This document shows, piece after piece, positions 1-9,059 of a stretch of 64,000 bases of DNA. The DNA comes from an uncultured Gemmatimonadales bacterium. GTDB taxonomy: Bacteria; Gemmatimonadota; Gemmatimonadetes; Gemmatimonadales; Gemmatimonadaceae. Within the stretch, counting starts at the first letter, position 1, and each line of letters starts with the position of its first letter. The stretch lies in assembly GCA_963793305.1 (NCBI GenBank), contig CAWBZV010000003.1, positions 1,216,001 to 1,280,000 on the forward strand. The letters run 5' to 3'. Made by a program: the position numbers and the translations under genes. The notes beneath the pieces are model-generated. The model was given only the letters and a program-made list of their open reading frames with translations. It was not told the DNA's origin and did no database searches.

Positions 1-639
1 AGCGTTCCACGTCATAAAAAGATCGTGCACCGACAAATCGAACGTCTGATCGAACGTCTGCGAGCACCGATCGTCAGGCGTCAGCCCGTAGCGACGGCCC
101 ATGACGTCGAGATAATGCAGGACGTTCCGGTGCGTGATCCCGACACCCTTTGGCTCACCCGTAGTTCCGGACGTAAAGAGCAGATAGGCCAAGCTGTCCG
201 GATCAACGGCCGGCAGATCGTCGAGCGGAACGTGCTCCCCTGGCTGATCGCCATGGATGAGAACCGGGACGTCACCGGCTACGGCATCGAGCAATGGCGC
301 CGTGTCGCGATCGACGATGATCGCGTCGAGCTCCGCGCGACGGGCCATGGAGCGGGTGCGCTCGATGGGCAGCTTGGGATTGAGCGGCACGAACGCCGCC
401 CCGCTACAGAGCGCGCCGAGCGTGCCGACGTACGCGACCTCGGACCGGGCCGCAAAGACCCCGACGCGCGCCGCGGGCCGACCGAGCGCGCGCACGATGG
501 CCGCGGCGAGGACGCGGGCGCGGAGCGCGAGGGCTTCGTATGTGATGACCTGGCCGCGCACGACCACGGCCGGCGCGTTCGGGTGGACCGCGGCGCTGGC
601 CAGCACTCCCGTGCGCAGCGACCGCGTGTCCTCCGTCAC
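1..639 (-). CDS. Amino-acid adenylation domain protein (NRPS A-domain/DltA-like), 5' part; runs off the window edge
   Basis: Not in the ORF track; I translated it by hand from GTG at 639, which overlaps the carrier-protein stop. It contains FVPLNPKLP, the A3 motif AYLLFTSGTTGEPKGV and TFDQTFDLSVHDLF. The frame is open to position 1. Confidence 0.9.
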   Translation of the reverse strand, partial: MTEDTRSLRTGVLASAAVHPNAPAVVVRGQVITYEALALRARVLAAAIVRALGRPAARVGVFAARSEVAYVGTLGALCSGAAFVPLNPKLPIERTRSMARRAELDAIIVDRDTAPLLDAVAGDVPVLIHGDQPGEHVPLDDLPAVDPDSLAYLLFTSGTTGEPKGVGITHRNVLHYLDVMGRRYGLTPDDRCSQTFDQTFDLSVHDLFMTWNA

Positions 640-884
640 GACACGAGGGCGGGCGCGTTCGACGTGTGGGCTTCGATGAACTCGCGGATGGCGCGATAGC
701 GGGTCAGCGTGACGATCTGCTCGTCCGAGATCGTGAGCCCGTAGGTTTCCTCGAGCGACAGAATGAGCGCGACGTGATTCACGGAGTCCCACTCCGGGAT
801 GGAGTTGAACTCCAGATCATCGTTCAGCGCGGCGGGATCGACCCGCAATGCGTTAGCGACTACCTCAGCGAGACGCATGGGCAT
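636..884 (-). CDS. Acyl/aminoacyl carrier protein
   Basis: 82 aa acidic protein from ATG 884 with a WDSVNH phosphopantetheine-serine motif; directly upstream of the A-domain gene. Confidence 0.88.
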   Translation of the reverse strand: MPMRLAEVVANALRVDPAALNDDLEFNSIPEWDSVNHVALILSLEETYGLTISDEQIVTLTRYRAIREFIEAHTSNAPALVS

Positions 885-1903
885 GGGTGCTCTTAGTCGT
901 AGATTGTGCGCGGCGGATTGCGATGCCGGTGTGTTCGAGGTCTTCCCGTGACGGCGGAATGTCCAGAATGAAGACACTCGCGCCGAGTCCAACATAACGC
1001 GCCAGCTCATCAGCGACCCGTTCGTACGTACCGACTAAGTACGGGCAGAACGTCGCCGAGGTCTGGAAGGGTCCGAGCCAGTACGGGTGGTCCGGCGAGG
1101 CGGGCCGCTCGTCGAGCGACGAGAGCTGCTTGTGCCACTGCGAGTCGGACACTTTCATCGCTAGCCCGTGCGTGATGCGGCCGGCGCGTGTGTCCGGAAA
1201 GCGCTCATACGCGACGTCCCAGGCTTCGTCCGCGGTCTCGCGGGCAATGATGCCGACCCGCACGCCGCGCCGTCTGCCGTCATTCGGCGCCGGCCGGGTA
1301 TCCTCGCCAATGGGCTCGGGATAGGTGACGCTGATGGCGCCCATCGTCACCGCGGCGGCTTCGCCGGCCGGTGATGAGCCGGATACCAGAATGTCCGGAG
1401 TTAGCTCGGGACCGGAAGCTGAGGGCCATCCGGAGATTCCGCACCCGATAGTGCTTCCCCTCGTGCGTCACCGGCGCTTGATCGGCGAGCAGCGACTTGA
1501 TGATCGCGACGTACTCGATCAAGCGCTCGTAGCGCTCGTCGTGCGGCGTCGGGTCACCGAGCGCGAGGAGATCGTTCCGAAACCCGCCCGCGACCATGTT
1601 GAGCGCAACCGCGCGTCCGTGCATCCAGCCAAGCGAGGCCACCATTTTGGCCGCGCACAGCGGGGTCATGTAGGCGGGCTGGACTGCGACCAGCGGCACG
1701 AGCCGCTGCGTGTGCTGGATAACGAGTTGGGAGACGAGCCACGGGTCCGCGATGCCGTTGTCCGTGTAGACCAGCATCCCGTGACAACCGGCCTCTTCAC
1801 TCCATCGCGCAACGTCGATGACTCGCTGGGTATAGAGCTCCCGAGCGATATCACGCGACTGCGGGCACGTCGCGTAGATCTGCACGTTCCGGGATCGTTG
1901 CAC
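865..1903 (-). CDS. LLM-class (luciferase-like) flavin-dependent oxidoreductase, frameshifted near 1405-1425
   Basis: ORF 1280..1903 gives the N-half (ADPWLVSQ, LVAVQP, LNMVAGG). The frame of ORF 865..1350 gives ELTPDILVSGSSPAG...PYLVGTYERVADEL. Together they form one SsuD-like protein. Confidence 0.85.
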
Positions 1904-1941
1904 CTAATGCGCCGCGACCTGGGCGTTATAAACGTCCGTCT

Positions 1942-1964
1942 AAGACTAAGTCACACGTAGTCTT
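1942..1964. promoter_or_regulatory. Inverted repeat AAGACTA-N9-TAGTCTT, candidate operator in the divergent promoter region
   Basis: Perfect 7-bp arms in the AT-rich 150-bp gap between the LLM and carbamoyltransferase genes. Confidence 0.4.
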
Positions 1965-2052
1965 CTATAAAAACATTTGTTACACCAGCCCTGTTTCGTT
2001 GCGCGAATGCATCAGTATGTTGCTCGTGACGCACGACGCTTAAGCTGTTTGC

Positions 2053-3807
2053 ATGAACGTCATTGGCATTAGTGGGTTCGAGGGCGCTGTCCCGTTCAAG
2101 CGCCGGCACTGGCCATCGCTCGACGCCCGAGCCTATCGGATCTCGCAGGGTCATGACGCAGCCGCCGCGCTTGTTTCCTCCGGCCGGATCGTTGCCGCGG
2201 CCGCCGAGGAGCGATTCGATCGGAACAAGCACTCGGCCCACTTTCCCGTCCAGTCGATCCGCTGGTGCCTGGAGCAGGCCGGCTTGTCGATCGACGACGT
2301 CGACATGCTCGCGCACGGCTTCGACTACGGGCCCTATCGCACGATCTACTCGGCCGATCCGACGACCCGGAAGCTCTACGAGGACGTTCTCTCGCGCGAC
2401 GCGCTCGTCAAGTTGGTCGAACGCGATCTGCCCGGGTTTCCAGTCGAGCGCGTGTGCCAAGTGCCGCACCACGTCGCGCACGCCGCGAGCGCGTACTGGA
2501 CGTTGGGGTGGGACGAGTGTCTCGTCATCGTCGTCGACGCCATGGGTGAAGCGCACGGCAGCACGATCTTCCAGGGACGCGGCGGCGAGCTCACGCGCCT
2601 GCGCTCGATCGGCGCCCAGGACTCGATCGGCGTCTTCTACTCGCTCGTCACCTACCACCTGGGGTTCGACTTCAACTCCGACGAGTACAAGATCATGGGG
2701 CTCGCGCCGTACGGCGATCCCTCCCGCTACCGCGATTTTTTTGCCAAAGAAGTGGTGCTGCGCGACGACGGGACCATCAAGATCCCCATGCTGCAGCTCA
2801 ATACCACCCGCGATGATCGCGAGAACTATGGAGCCACGCTGTCTTATCTGGGTCAGCATCTCCTGCCACCTCGTGATCCGGCGGGCGACATCACGGACGA
2901 GCACCAAGACGTTGCCGCCGCACTCCAGGAGTGCCTCGACAACGTCATGCAGCACATCTGCGGAAGCTTCCAGCGGGCGACAAGTCAGTCGCGCTTAGCC
3001 CTAGCCGGTGGCGTAGCGCTCAATTGCACGGCGAACGGCCGTCTCATCAAAGCCGGACTCTTTGACGAGATCTACGTCCAGCCTGCCGCCGGCGACGATG
3101 GCACTGCGCTCGGCGCCGCGCTGTATGCCAGCGCGAAGCGCGGTGTCATGTCGAATCGGCGTATGCCAGCACCACTGCTCGGCCCGTCTCACGATGCCGC
3201 CGCCGTCGAGCGAGCCATCGCGGCTGCAGCGCCAAAGATCAAAGTGCAGCGTTTCGCATCGCTGGACGAAACGTGTACAGCCGCGGCCGAGCTTATCGCC
3301 CAAGGCAAGGTGCTCGCCTGGCACCGGGGCCGTATGGAATTCGGCCCGCGCGCACTCGGCAACCGAAGCATTCTGGCCGACCCGGGCCACCCGGAGATGC
3401 GCGACCGCATCAATAGCATGGTCAAGAAGCGCGAAGCCTTCCGCCCCTTTGCCCCGGCAGTCTCGCTCGGCGAAGTCGACAAGTGGTTCGACGTTGCCGC
3501 CGGCTCTGTATTCCCCTACATGATCGCCGTCGTCGACGTTCGCGAAGCGCACCGCGCCTCGCTCCCCGCGATCACGCACGTCAACGGCTCAGCGCGCGTG
3601 CAAACCGTCTCCGACGAGGACAATCCCGCCTTTCACGCGCTGCTCCGCGCCGTCGGCCGCACCACCGGGCGCGAGATGGTGCTCAATACGAGCTTTAACG
3701 TCAAAGGTCAGCCGATCGTCAACACGCCAGATGAGGCAATAGCCACATTCCTCGACACCGGCATTGACCATCTCTTCGTGGAGAACAATCTCATAAGCCG
3801 TGCGTGA
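2053..3807 (+). CDS. Carbamoyltransferase, NodU/CmcH/TobZ family
   Basis: Motifs HDAAAAL, EERFDRNKH, HHVAHAASAY, EYKIMGLAPYG, LAGGVALNC, EFGPRALGNRSIL, KKREAFRPFAP, LNTSFN. Confidence 0.95.
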   Translation: MNVIGISGFEGAVPFKRRHWPSLDARAYRISQGHDAAAALVSSGRIVAAAAEERFDRNKHSAHFPVQSIRWCLEQAGLSIDDVDMLAHGFDYGPYRTIYSADPTTRKLYEDVLSRDALVKLVERDLPGFPVERVCQVPHHVAHAASAYWTLGWDECLVIVVDAMGEAHGSTIFQGRGGELTRLRSIGAQDSIGVFYSLVTYHLGFDFNSDEYKIMGLAPYGDPSRYRDFFAKEVVLRDDGTIKIPMLQLNTTRDDRENYGATLSYLGQHLLPPRDPAGDITDEHQDVAAALQECLDNVMQHICGSFQRATSQSRLALAGGVALNCTANGRLIKAGLFDEIYVQPAAGDDGTALGAALYASAKRGVMSNRRMPAPLLGPSHDAAAVERAIAAAAPKIKVQRFASLDETCTAAAELIAQGKVLAWHRGRMEFGPRALGNRSILADPGHPEMRDRINSMVKKREAFRPFAPAVSLGEVDKWFDVAAGSVFPYMIAVVDVREAHRASLPAITHVNGSARVQTVSDEDNPAFHALLRAVGRTTGREMVLNTSFNVKGQPIVNTPDEAIATFLDTGIDHLFVENNLISRA

Positions 3808-3870
3808 TCTGGATCACGCATCGTAAAGTGTGTTGGATGCTATCGTAGGGCCTGGTTGTCGAGCAGCGCT

Positions 3871-3886
3871 CGGCACGATGCTTGAC
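3871..3886 (+). promoter_or_regulatory. Sigma54-type -24/-12 promoter candidate (CGGCACG-atgc-TTGAC)
   Basis: Matches YGGCACG-N4-TTG with a non-consensus -12 base; ends 13 nt before ATG 3900. Confidence 0.45.
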
Positions 3887-3899
3887 TTAGGAGACAAGC

Positions 3900-4058
3900 A
3901 TGTGGGCTCTCTTGAAACAGTCATCACACCGCGGGCACTGGCGGACCGCGCACCCCCATCGTTCGGCGGGAGAACGCGCCAGTATGGCTCTCTGGTGGGC
4001 CGTCATCGCCTCGACGTGCATCGCTGCCGTCGGGTACGCCGTCTACCTCTTTCAATGA
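3900..4058 (+). CDS. Small (52 aa) single-pass membrane protein
   Basis: Below the ORF-track cutoff. AGGAG precedes the ATG by 6 nt. Translation MWALLKQSSHRGHWRTAHPHRSAGERASMALWWAVIASTCIAAVGYAVYLFQ has a C-terminal hydrophobic helix and fills the gap between genes. Confidence 0.6.
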   Translation: MWALLKQSSHRGHWRTAHPHRSAGERASMALWWAVIASTCIAAVGYAVYLFQ

Positions 4059-4390
4059 CGATGCGCTAGGCGCATCCAACTGAGATAGCGCTCACGCTGG
4101 TCCGGGGTCAGTACTGAAACAATTTCCATCTGGGCGCTATCGACCCCGGGCCGCGTGGCGCGCCACGCCGAATCGAGCGCGGCTTGGTGCGTGGCGAGGA
4201 TGCGGGCGATCGCGTCGTGCTGCGCTGTACTGAGTCCCAGTCGCTTATCCATTTGCGTCAATAACACAGCCGCGTCCATCGGATTGCCCGCCGGGGTGGA
4301 CATCCGGATGTGCTCCCCGATGCCGCCGGCGACGACGCCGATAATGGTCGCGACGACCAACGCCAACGCCTGCCTCGCGCGGGGACTCAC
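4052..4390 (-). CDS. Membrane-anchored helical periplasmic protein (Spy/CpxP/heavy-metal-sensor-like)
   Basis: GTG 4390 overlaps the upstream stop. N-terminal TM helix, then LGLSTAQ and C-terminal VLTPDQRERY (LTxxQ-type motifs). Confidence 0.6.
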   Translation of the reverse strand: MSPRARQALALVVATIIGVVAGGIGEHIRMSTPAGNPMDAAVLLTQMDKRLGLSTAQHDAIARILATHQAALDSAWRATRPGVDSAQMEIVSVLTPDQRERYLSWMRLAHRH

Positions 4391-4641
4391 GGTTGCCCCG
4401 CCATCATCGCGGCGATGCTCGGCGCTTGCCCTGGTGCGGTCAACATGACGGCAATACTCGGCGCCCGATTCGGCGCGACAGCAGGCCGACGCCCACTCGC
4501 GAGCAACAGCGTGAGTGCCGCCGCCGTCGCGAGCGGCGGAGCCCAGGTCGCAACGCGGAGCCACGACGACTGACGCCGCTCGCGCACCTCGGCCACGATG
4601 CGCGTCGAGAGCGCTTCCCAATACTCCGGATCGTCACGCAT
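4387..4641 (-). CDS. Putative membrane anti-sigma factor
   Basis: ATG 4641 overlaps the ECF sigma stop. Short cytoplasmic N-terminus (DDPEYWEALSTRI) plus one TM helix. Confidence 0.55.
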   Translation of the reverse strand: MRDDPEYWEALSTRIVAEVRERRQSSWLRVATWAPPLATAAALTLLLASGRRPAVAPNRAPSIAVMLTAPGQAPSIAAMMAGQP

Positions 4642-5167
4642 CGAATCTGGCGCGTATCGCCTCGCGCGCACGATGGACATGTTGGCGCACCGTCGATGGC
4701 GCAATGTCGAACATGGTTGCCACCTCCTGTATGTCGAGTCCGCTCTGGACGACGAGATCGAAACACTGGCGCTGCATGTCGGGCAGCTCGTTCACAATCA
4801 CGTCCACACGTTCGATCGCGTCGCGCGCGACGGCGAGCCGCTCTGGATCGGTCTGAGCGCGTTCCGGGCGCCACAGCCGCAACAACGAGCGGCGACGCGC
4901 AGCGCGCCGCCGATATTTCGCGGCCACGCGCCTGACGATCCCGTAGAGCCAGGGGCCGACGGACTCGCCCTCCCGAAACGCCGCGGCCCGATCGAGCGCG
5001 ATCACGAACGCTTCGGCCACGATATCCTCCGCGTCGTCCGCATCACCGACCAGCTGCCGGGCGAACAGCGTGGCGCGCCGCACGTACCGTCGCACGATCT
5101 CCCCGGTTGCCGCGTCATCGCCGGACGCCGCTCGACGCAAAAGGTGGCCGTCATCCGCGTCACCCAC
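4634..5167 (-). CDS. ECF RNA polymerase sigma-70 factor
   Basis: Region 2 DAEDIVAEAF...GPWLYGI and region 4 LPDMQRQCF...IQEVATMFDIAPSTVRQHVHRAR. Likely start is GTG 5167. Confidence 0.9.
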   Translation of the reverse strand: MGDADDGHLLRRAASGDDAATGEIVRRYVRRATLFARQLVGDADDAEDIVAEAFVIALDRAAAFREGESVGPWLYGIVRRVAAKYRRRAARRRSLLRLWRPERAQTDPERLAVARDAIERVDVIVNELPDMQRQCFDLVVQSGLDIQEVATMFDIAPSTVRQHVHRAREAIRARFDA

Positions 5168-5168
5168 G

Positions 5169-6322
5169 TCAGAGCGGCCGCACCGCCGCGCCTGGCGGCA
5201 TGCGCGCGGCACGCACAGCTGGAAAACTCGCCGCGGAGAGCCCAACGAGCACGCAGGCTGCACCGACCGCCGCGACCATCGCTGCTCCGCCCGGCGGCCC
5301 CGCGGCGAGCCCAACCCCGGCGCCGAGCAGTGCGCCCGGGATGCACACTAGCGCCGCCTCAGCGAGGAACTGCACAACGATCCTGGCTTCGTCGCGCCCA
5401 CCGCTCTCCGCACCCCGATCTCGCCTCGGCGCGCACGGAGGCCGAGCGCAGTCCAAGCGGCGATCCCGCCGGCGGCTGCCGCAAGCAATGCCGACGCAGC
5501 CGTGATCGCAAACCACCTGAGCCGTTTCGCTGCGGTCGATCGAAGCGAGACGAGTCGCTCCTGGGTCTCGATGCGTACGTCCGCGAAATGATGCCGTCGC
5601 CGAAATAGGTCCCCAATCGCCACCGTCGCCGGAGAGATCGCGCACCCGCGCATACAGCCGGGCCACATACGTGACCGCGAAGAGCCGGCGGTCGCGGTTG
5701 TCAGCGGGACGAAGATGATTTCGTCCTCGTTGAACGCATCCAGCCCGGTCCCGCGTTCGGCGAGCATGCCGACAACGGTAAACGGAATCCGCCGAATGCG
5801 CAGCACGTCACCCACGGGGTCGCGGTCCCCATACAGGTCGCGCGCCACCCGAAACCCGATCACCGCGACGCGCTCTGCCGCATTGGCTTCCTCCACCGTG
5901 AAGAACCGGCCGCCCTCGAGTGGTGCATCGCGCAACGCCCCATACGTGGCGTCGACGCCATTGACGCTGACACGCCGCGCCAAGCCGCCCGCCGTCACCG
6001 GCTCGCTCTCTCCATATTCGGCCGCCACGGTAAGCACTCCTGGGACTTCTTTCGCAATCGCCTGGGCGTCCGCTCGCGCAAGCGTCCGCACGATGTCCCC
6101 CGTGCGTGCCCGTCCACCGCGATTGCCGGCGTCGACCGCGCTCACGATCACAACGTCGGCGCCCATTTGCCGCACCGACTCCAGCGTGCGCTGCCGTCCA
6201 CGCTCGGCGACCGTGACGGCAATCACCAGCGCGGCCAGCGGCAGCGCAACGCCCGCCACGCCGAGCCCCGCGACGATCGGCCGGCGCGTGACGGCTCTCA
6301 AGACATCGAGAGCGCGTCTCAC
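5169..6322 (-). CDS. MacB/FtsX-type ABC permease with apparent frameshifts (about 5690, 5635 and 5390)
   Basis: Motifs GRFFT..E, VAVIG and RRGEIGVRRAVGA in ORF 5348..6322; C-terminal IVVQFLAEA...FPAVRAARM in the frame of ORF 5169..5666. Confidence 0.8.
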
Positions 6323-7534
6323 CTACGGCGCGGCCTCGCGCAAGACTATGGCGGGGTCGACGGACGCGGCTCGCCGTGCCGGCACGTAGCCGGCGATCAC
6401 GCCGACGAGCGTGGTTGCCAGCACCGCTCCGAGTGTCACCGGCCAATCGACGGCGAGCTCCGCGCGCATCATCGTCGCGCCGAGCGCGGTCACACCGACG
6501 CCGAGGAGTGCTCCCAGCACGGCCGCTGCCGTCGCGGTGCACACCGACTCGGCCCAGAACTGGAGCAGGATGTCCCGGCGCGTGGCGCCGCAGGCCCGGC
6601 AGGTCGCGATCTCGTGGCGGCGTTGCAGGGTTGCCGTCACGGCGAGGACCGCGACAATGACCCCGCCGAGTCCGAGGCCAAGTGCGCCGACCCACCATAA
6701 CGTTCTCGCTAGGCCGGAGTCGACCGACTCCATTCGCGCGAGCATCGCCCGTGGGGCGATGACGCGGAAGTCGTCGATCTGGCCTGGGGCCAAGGCGTGT
6801 CTCACCCTCACTACCCCCTCGACTGCCCCCTGCGTTTCCTGCCAAGCGCCGGGCTTCGTCAGTGCCACATTGATGAGATTCAACGACGTCCTGTTGAACA
6901 CGCGCCTGGACGCTGTTCCGAGTGGGATATACACGATGTTGTCGAGGCTGATGCCACCTGGTCCGGCGCCATTCGGGGCGAGCACGCCGACAACGTCGAA
7001 ATCGATCCCGCTCAGCCGAACGCGCTGTCCGACGGATGCCCGGAGACTGGCGGCGACGCCCGATCCGAGAACGGCCACGCGAGCGTCCGTATCCTGGAAG
7101 TACGACCCGGATGCGACGGAGTCGCCGTGCAGCGACCGCCAGTTGGCGGTCACGCCCCACAGCGATGTCGTGGTGTTCTGCCCGTTGGCCTCGGCGACGA
7201 TTTTCGATGCATCCTGCGCCATGCCGACCTCCCGAATACCGCTGACCTGGGCCGTGATGGCCGCGGCATCGTCCGGCGTCAATGTCGTAATGGCGTCGGC
7301 TGCGGTCGACATGCCACGCTCCGCGGGCCCGCCGGGTTGCACGAACAAGACGTTGATAGACCCGAACATTGCCTTGAAGCTCCCACGCACTGCTCTTCTC
7401 GCGCCTTCCCCTGTTGCGACCGTAATCGTGATCGCCAGCACTCCGATCACGAGTCCGATACCCGACAAGAGTGTCCGCGCGCGTGACCTCGATACCCCTC
7501 TCCACGCGAGCTCAAAGAGCGCCCTGAGGGTCAT
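6323..7534 (-). CDS. MacB/FtsX-type ABC permease
   Basis: RTLLSGIGLVIGV, periplasmic core, RRHEIATCRACGATRRDILLQF, PARRAASVDP. Confidence 0.9.
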   Translation of the reverse strand: MTLRALFELAWRGVSRSRARTLLSGIGLVIGVLAITITVATGEGARRAVRGSFKAMFGSINVLFVQPGGPAERGMSTAADAITTLTPDDAAAITAQVSGIREVGMAQDASKIVAEANGQNTTTSLWGVTANWRSLHGDSVASGSYFQDTDARVAVLGSGVAASLRASVGQRVRLSGIDFDVVGVLAPNGAGPGGISLDNIVYIPLGTASRRVFNRTSLNLINVALTKPGAWQETQGAVEGVVRVRHALAPGQIDDFRVIAPRAMLARMESVDSGLARTLWWVGALGLGLGGVIVAVLAVTATLQRRHEIATCRACGATRRDILLQFWAESVCTATAAAVLGALLGVGVTALGATMMRAELAVDWPVTLGAVLATTLVGVIAGYVPARRAASVDPAIVLREAAP

Positions 7535-8187
7535 ACGATCCTCCCATTGGCGAGCGTGATGCGTCGGTCGGCCTGTGCGGCGACCGCGGGGTCGTGAGTC
7601 ACGAGGACGACCGTCAACCCATCGTCATTGAGATCATGGATGAGTCGCAGAACCTGATCTCCAGTCGCCGCGTCGAGGTTCCCGGTCGGCTCGTCGGCCA
7701 GCAGCAGCGACGGCGACATGACAAGTGCCCGCGCGATCGCCACGCGCTGTTGCTCTCCCCCTGAGAGCTCGGCCGGATAGTGGCGGGCGCGATGCGCAAC
7801 ACCGACGCGCTTGAGGAGTAGCGGTGCCGCCGAGGCGTCCGGGGCCGTGCCGTTCGCGTAGAGCAGCGGCAGCTCGACGTTCTCGATCGCGGTCGCCCGC
7901 GGGAGCAAGTTGAAGCTTTGAAACACGAACCCGACCCGACGGTTTCGCAGGTGCGACAGCTCGGCGTCGCCCAGGCCTCGGACCGGCGTGCCGTCGAGGA
8001 CGTATCGCCCTGTTGTCGGTGCGTCGAGGCAGCCGAGGATCTGCAGCAACGTCGACTTGCCAGATCCCGACGCGCCGACGATCGCGACGAACTCACCAGT
8101 CTCGACGTCCAGCGACACGTCGGACAACGCCGTCACCGGCGCGGCCCGGCCCGTGTACGTCTTTGACACATGTTGTAGCTCGATCAT
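7531..8187 (-). CDS. ABC transporter ATP-binding protein (LolD/MacB NBD-like)
   Basis: Walker [10 protein letters not shown], signature LSGGEQQRV, Walker [16 protein letters not shown] 8187 overlaps the upstream stop. Confidence 0.95.
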   Translation of the reverse strand: MIELQHVSKTYTGRAAPVTALSDVSLDVETGEFVAIVGASGSGKSTLLQILGCLDAPTTGRYVLDGTPVRGLGDAELSHLRNRRVGFVFQSFNLLPRATAIENVELPLLYANGTAPDASAAPLLLKRVGVAHRARHYPAELSGGEQQRVAIARALVMSPSLLLADEPTGNLDAATGDQVLRLIHDLNDDGLTVVLVTHDPAVAAQADRRITLANGRIV

Positions 8188-9002
8188 GGGATCCTCACCG
8201 TGGTGGTCATCTGCGGCAGTAACAGACCGGCCAGTGTGTCGATGCGAACCGTGACCTCGTAGTCGACGACACCGCCGATGATCGTGGCGTCGGGCGCAAT
8301 GCGGGTGACGCGTCCGGTAAAGACGCGATCCGGATACGCATCGACCGTAAACGACGCCGAGTCGCCGACGCGCACGCGCCCGATGTCGGTTTCGTCGACG
8401 AGCGCGACGCATTCGAGTCGCGACGGGTCGATGAGCACCACGAACGTCGGCGCGGCGAGCGATGCCGCGACGGTTTCGCCTTCGTGCGTCGCGATCGAGG
8501 CGACGACGCCGTCGATGGGCGCGCGGACGACCGTATAGTCGAGCGCCAACGCCGCCAGATCGCGGTCGGCGGTCGCGGCCGCGAGCCGCGCGCGGGCTAT
8601 GACGGTCGCGCTGGCGGCCGCCTGGAGCTGCTGCCCGGAGGCGCCTTTGATCGCACGTAGGGCGTTGAGCCGCGCGAGATCCGAATCGGCTGCATCACGC
8701 GTCGCTTCGAGCTCGGCGACCCGCGCCTCGGCCGATGCCAGCCTTGCTCTCGCCTCGCGGTCGTCCAGCGCCGCGATCGTATCGCCGCGCCGCACGCGCG
8801 TACCTTGCGCGACCGCGAGGCGCCGGACGACGCCAGATGCGCGTGCCCCAACGTCGACCCGAGCGCCGGCGACGAGTCGGACGCTGCCGGTCGCCACCAC
8901 CCGCGGAGAAGCCTCGCGAGCCGTGACGGTGGCGGTCCCTATTGGAGCCGCCGGCGCGCTCTGAGCGCAGCCGACGACCACGAGCACCCAAGCGAGTCGC
9001 AT
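8184..9002 (-). CDS. Efflux periplasmic adaptor subunit (MacA/HlyD family), probable lipoprotein
   Basis: VVVGC lipobox-like signal, VGARASGVV, coiled-coil hairpin, VRAPIDGVV, VDETDIGRVRVG, VDAYP. Confidence 0.9.
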   Translation of the reverse strand: MRLAWVLVVVGCAQSAPAAPIGTATVTAREASPRVVATGSVRLVAGARVDVGARASGVVRRLAVAQGTRVRRGDTIAALDDREARARLASAEARVAELEATRDAADSDLARLNALRAIKGASGQQLQAAASATVIARARLAAATADRDLAALALDYTVVRAPIDGVVASIATHEGETVAASLAAPTFVVLIDPSRLECVALVDETDIGRVRVGDSASFTVDAYPDRVFTGRVTRIAPDATIIGGVVDYEVTVRIDTLAGLLLPQMTTTVRIP

Positions 9003-9059
9003 CACCCGTCATATTGCCGCCAACCAGAGAGGCGTTTACTGCCCGGTTAGATTTCCCGT

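Noticed and set aside
25..699. 224-aa plus-strand ORF
   Set aside because: Antisense shadow of the adenylation-domain gene, which has clear motifs on the minus strand.
3830..4069. 79-aa ORF from the track
   Set aside because: No recognisable features; the overlapping 52-aa frame at 3900..4058 has an RBS-like sequence, a promoter motif and a TM helix.
5808..7505. 565-aa Arg-rich minus-strand ORF
   Set aside because: Alternative-frame artefact of GC-rich codon usage over two real permease genes.
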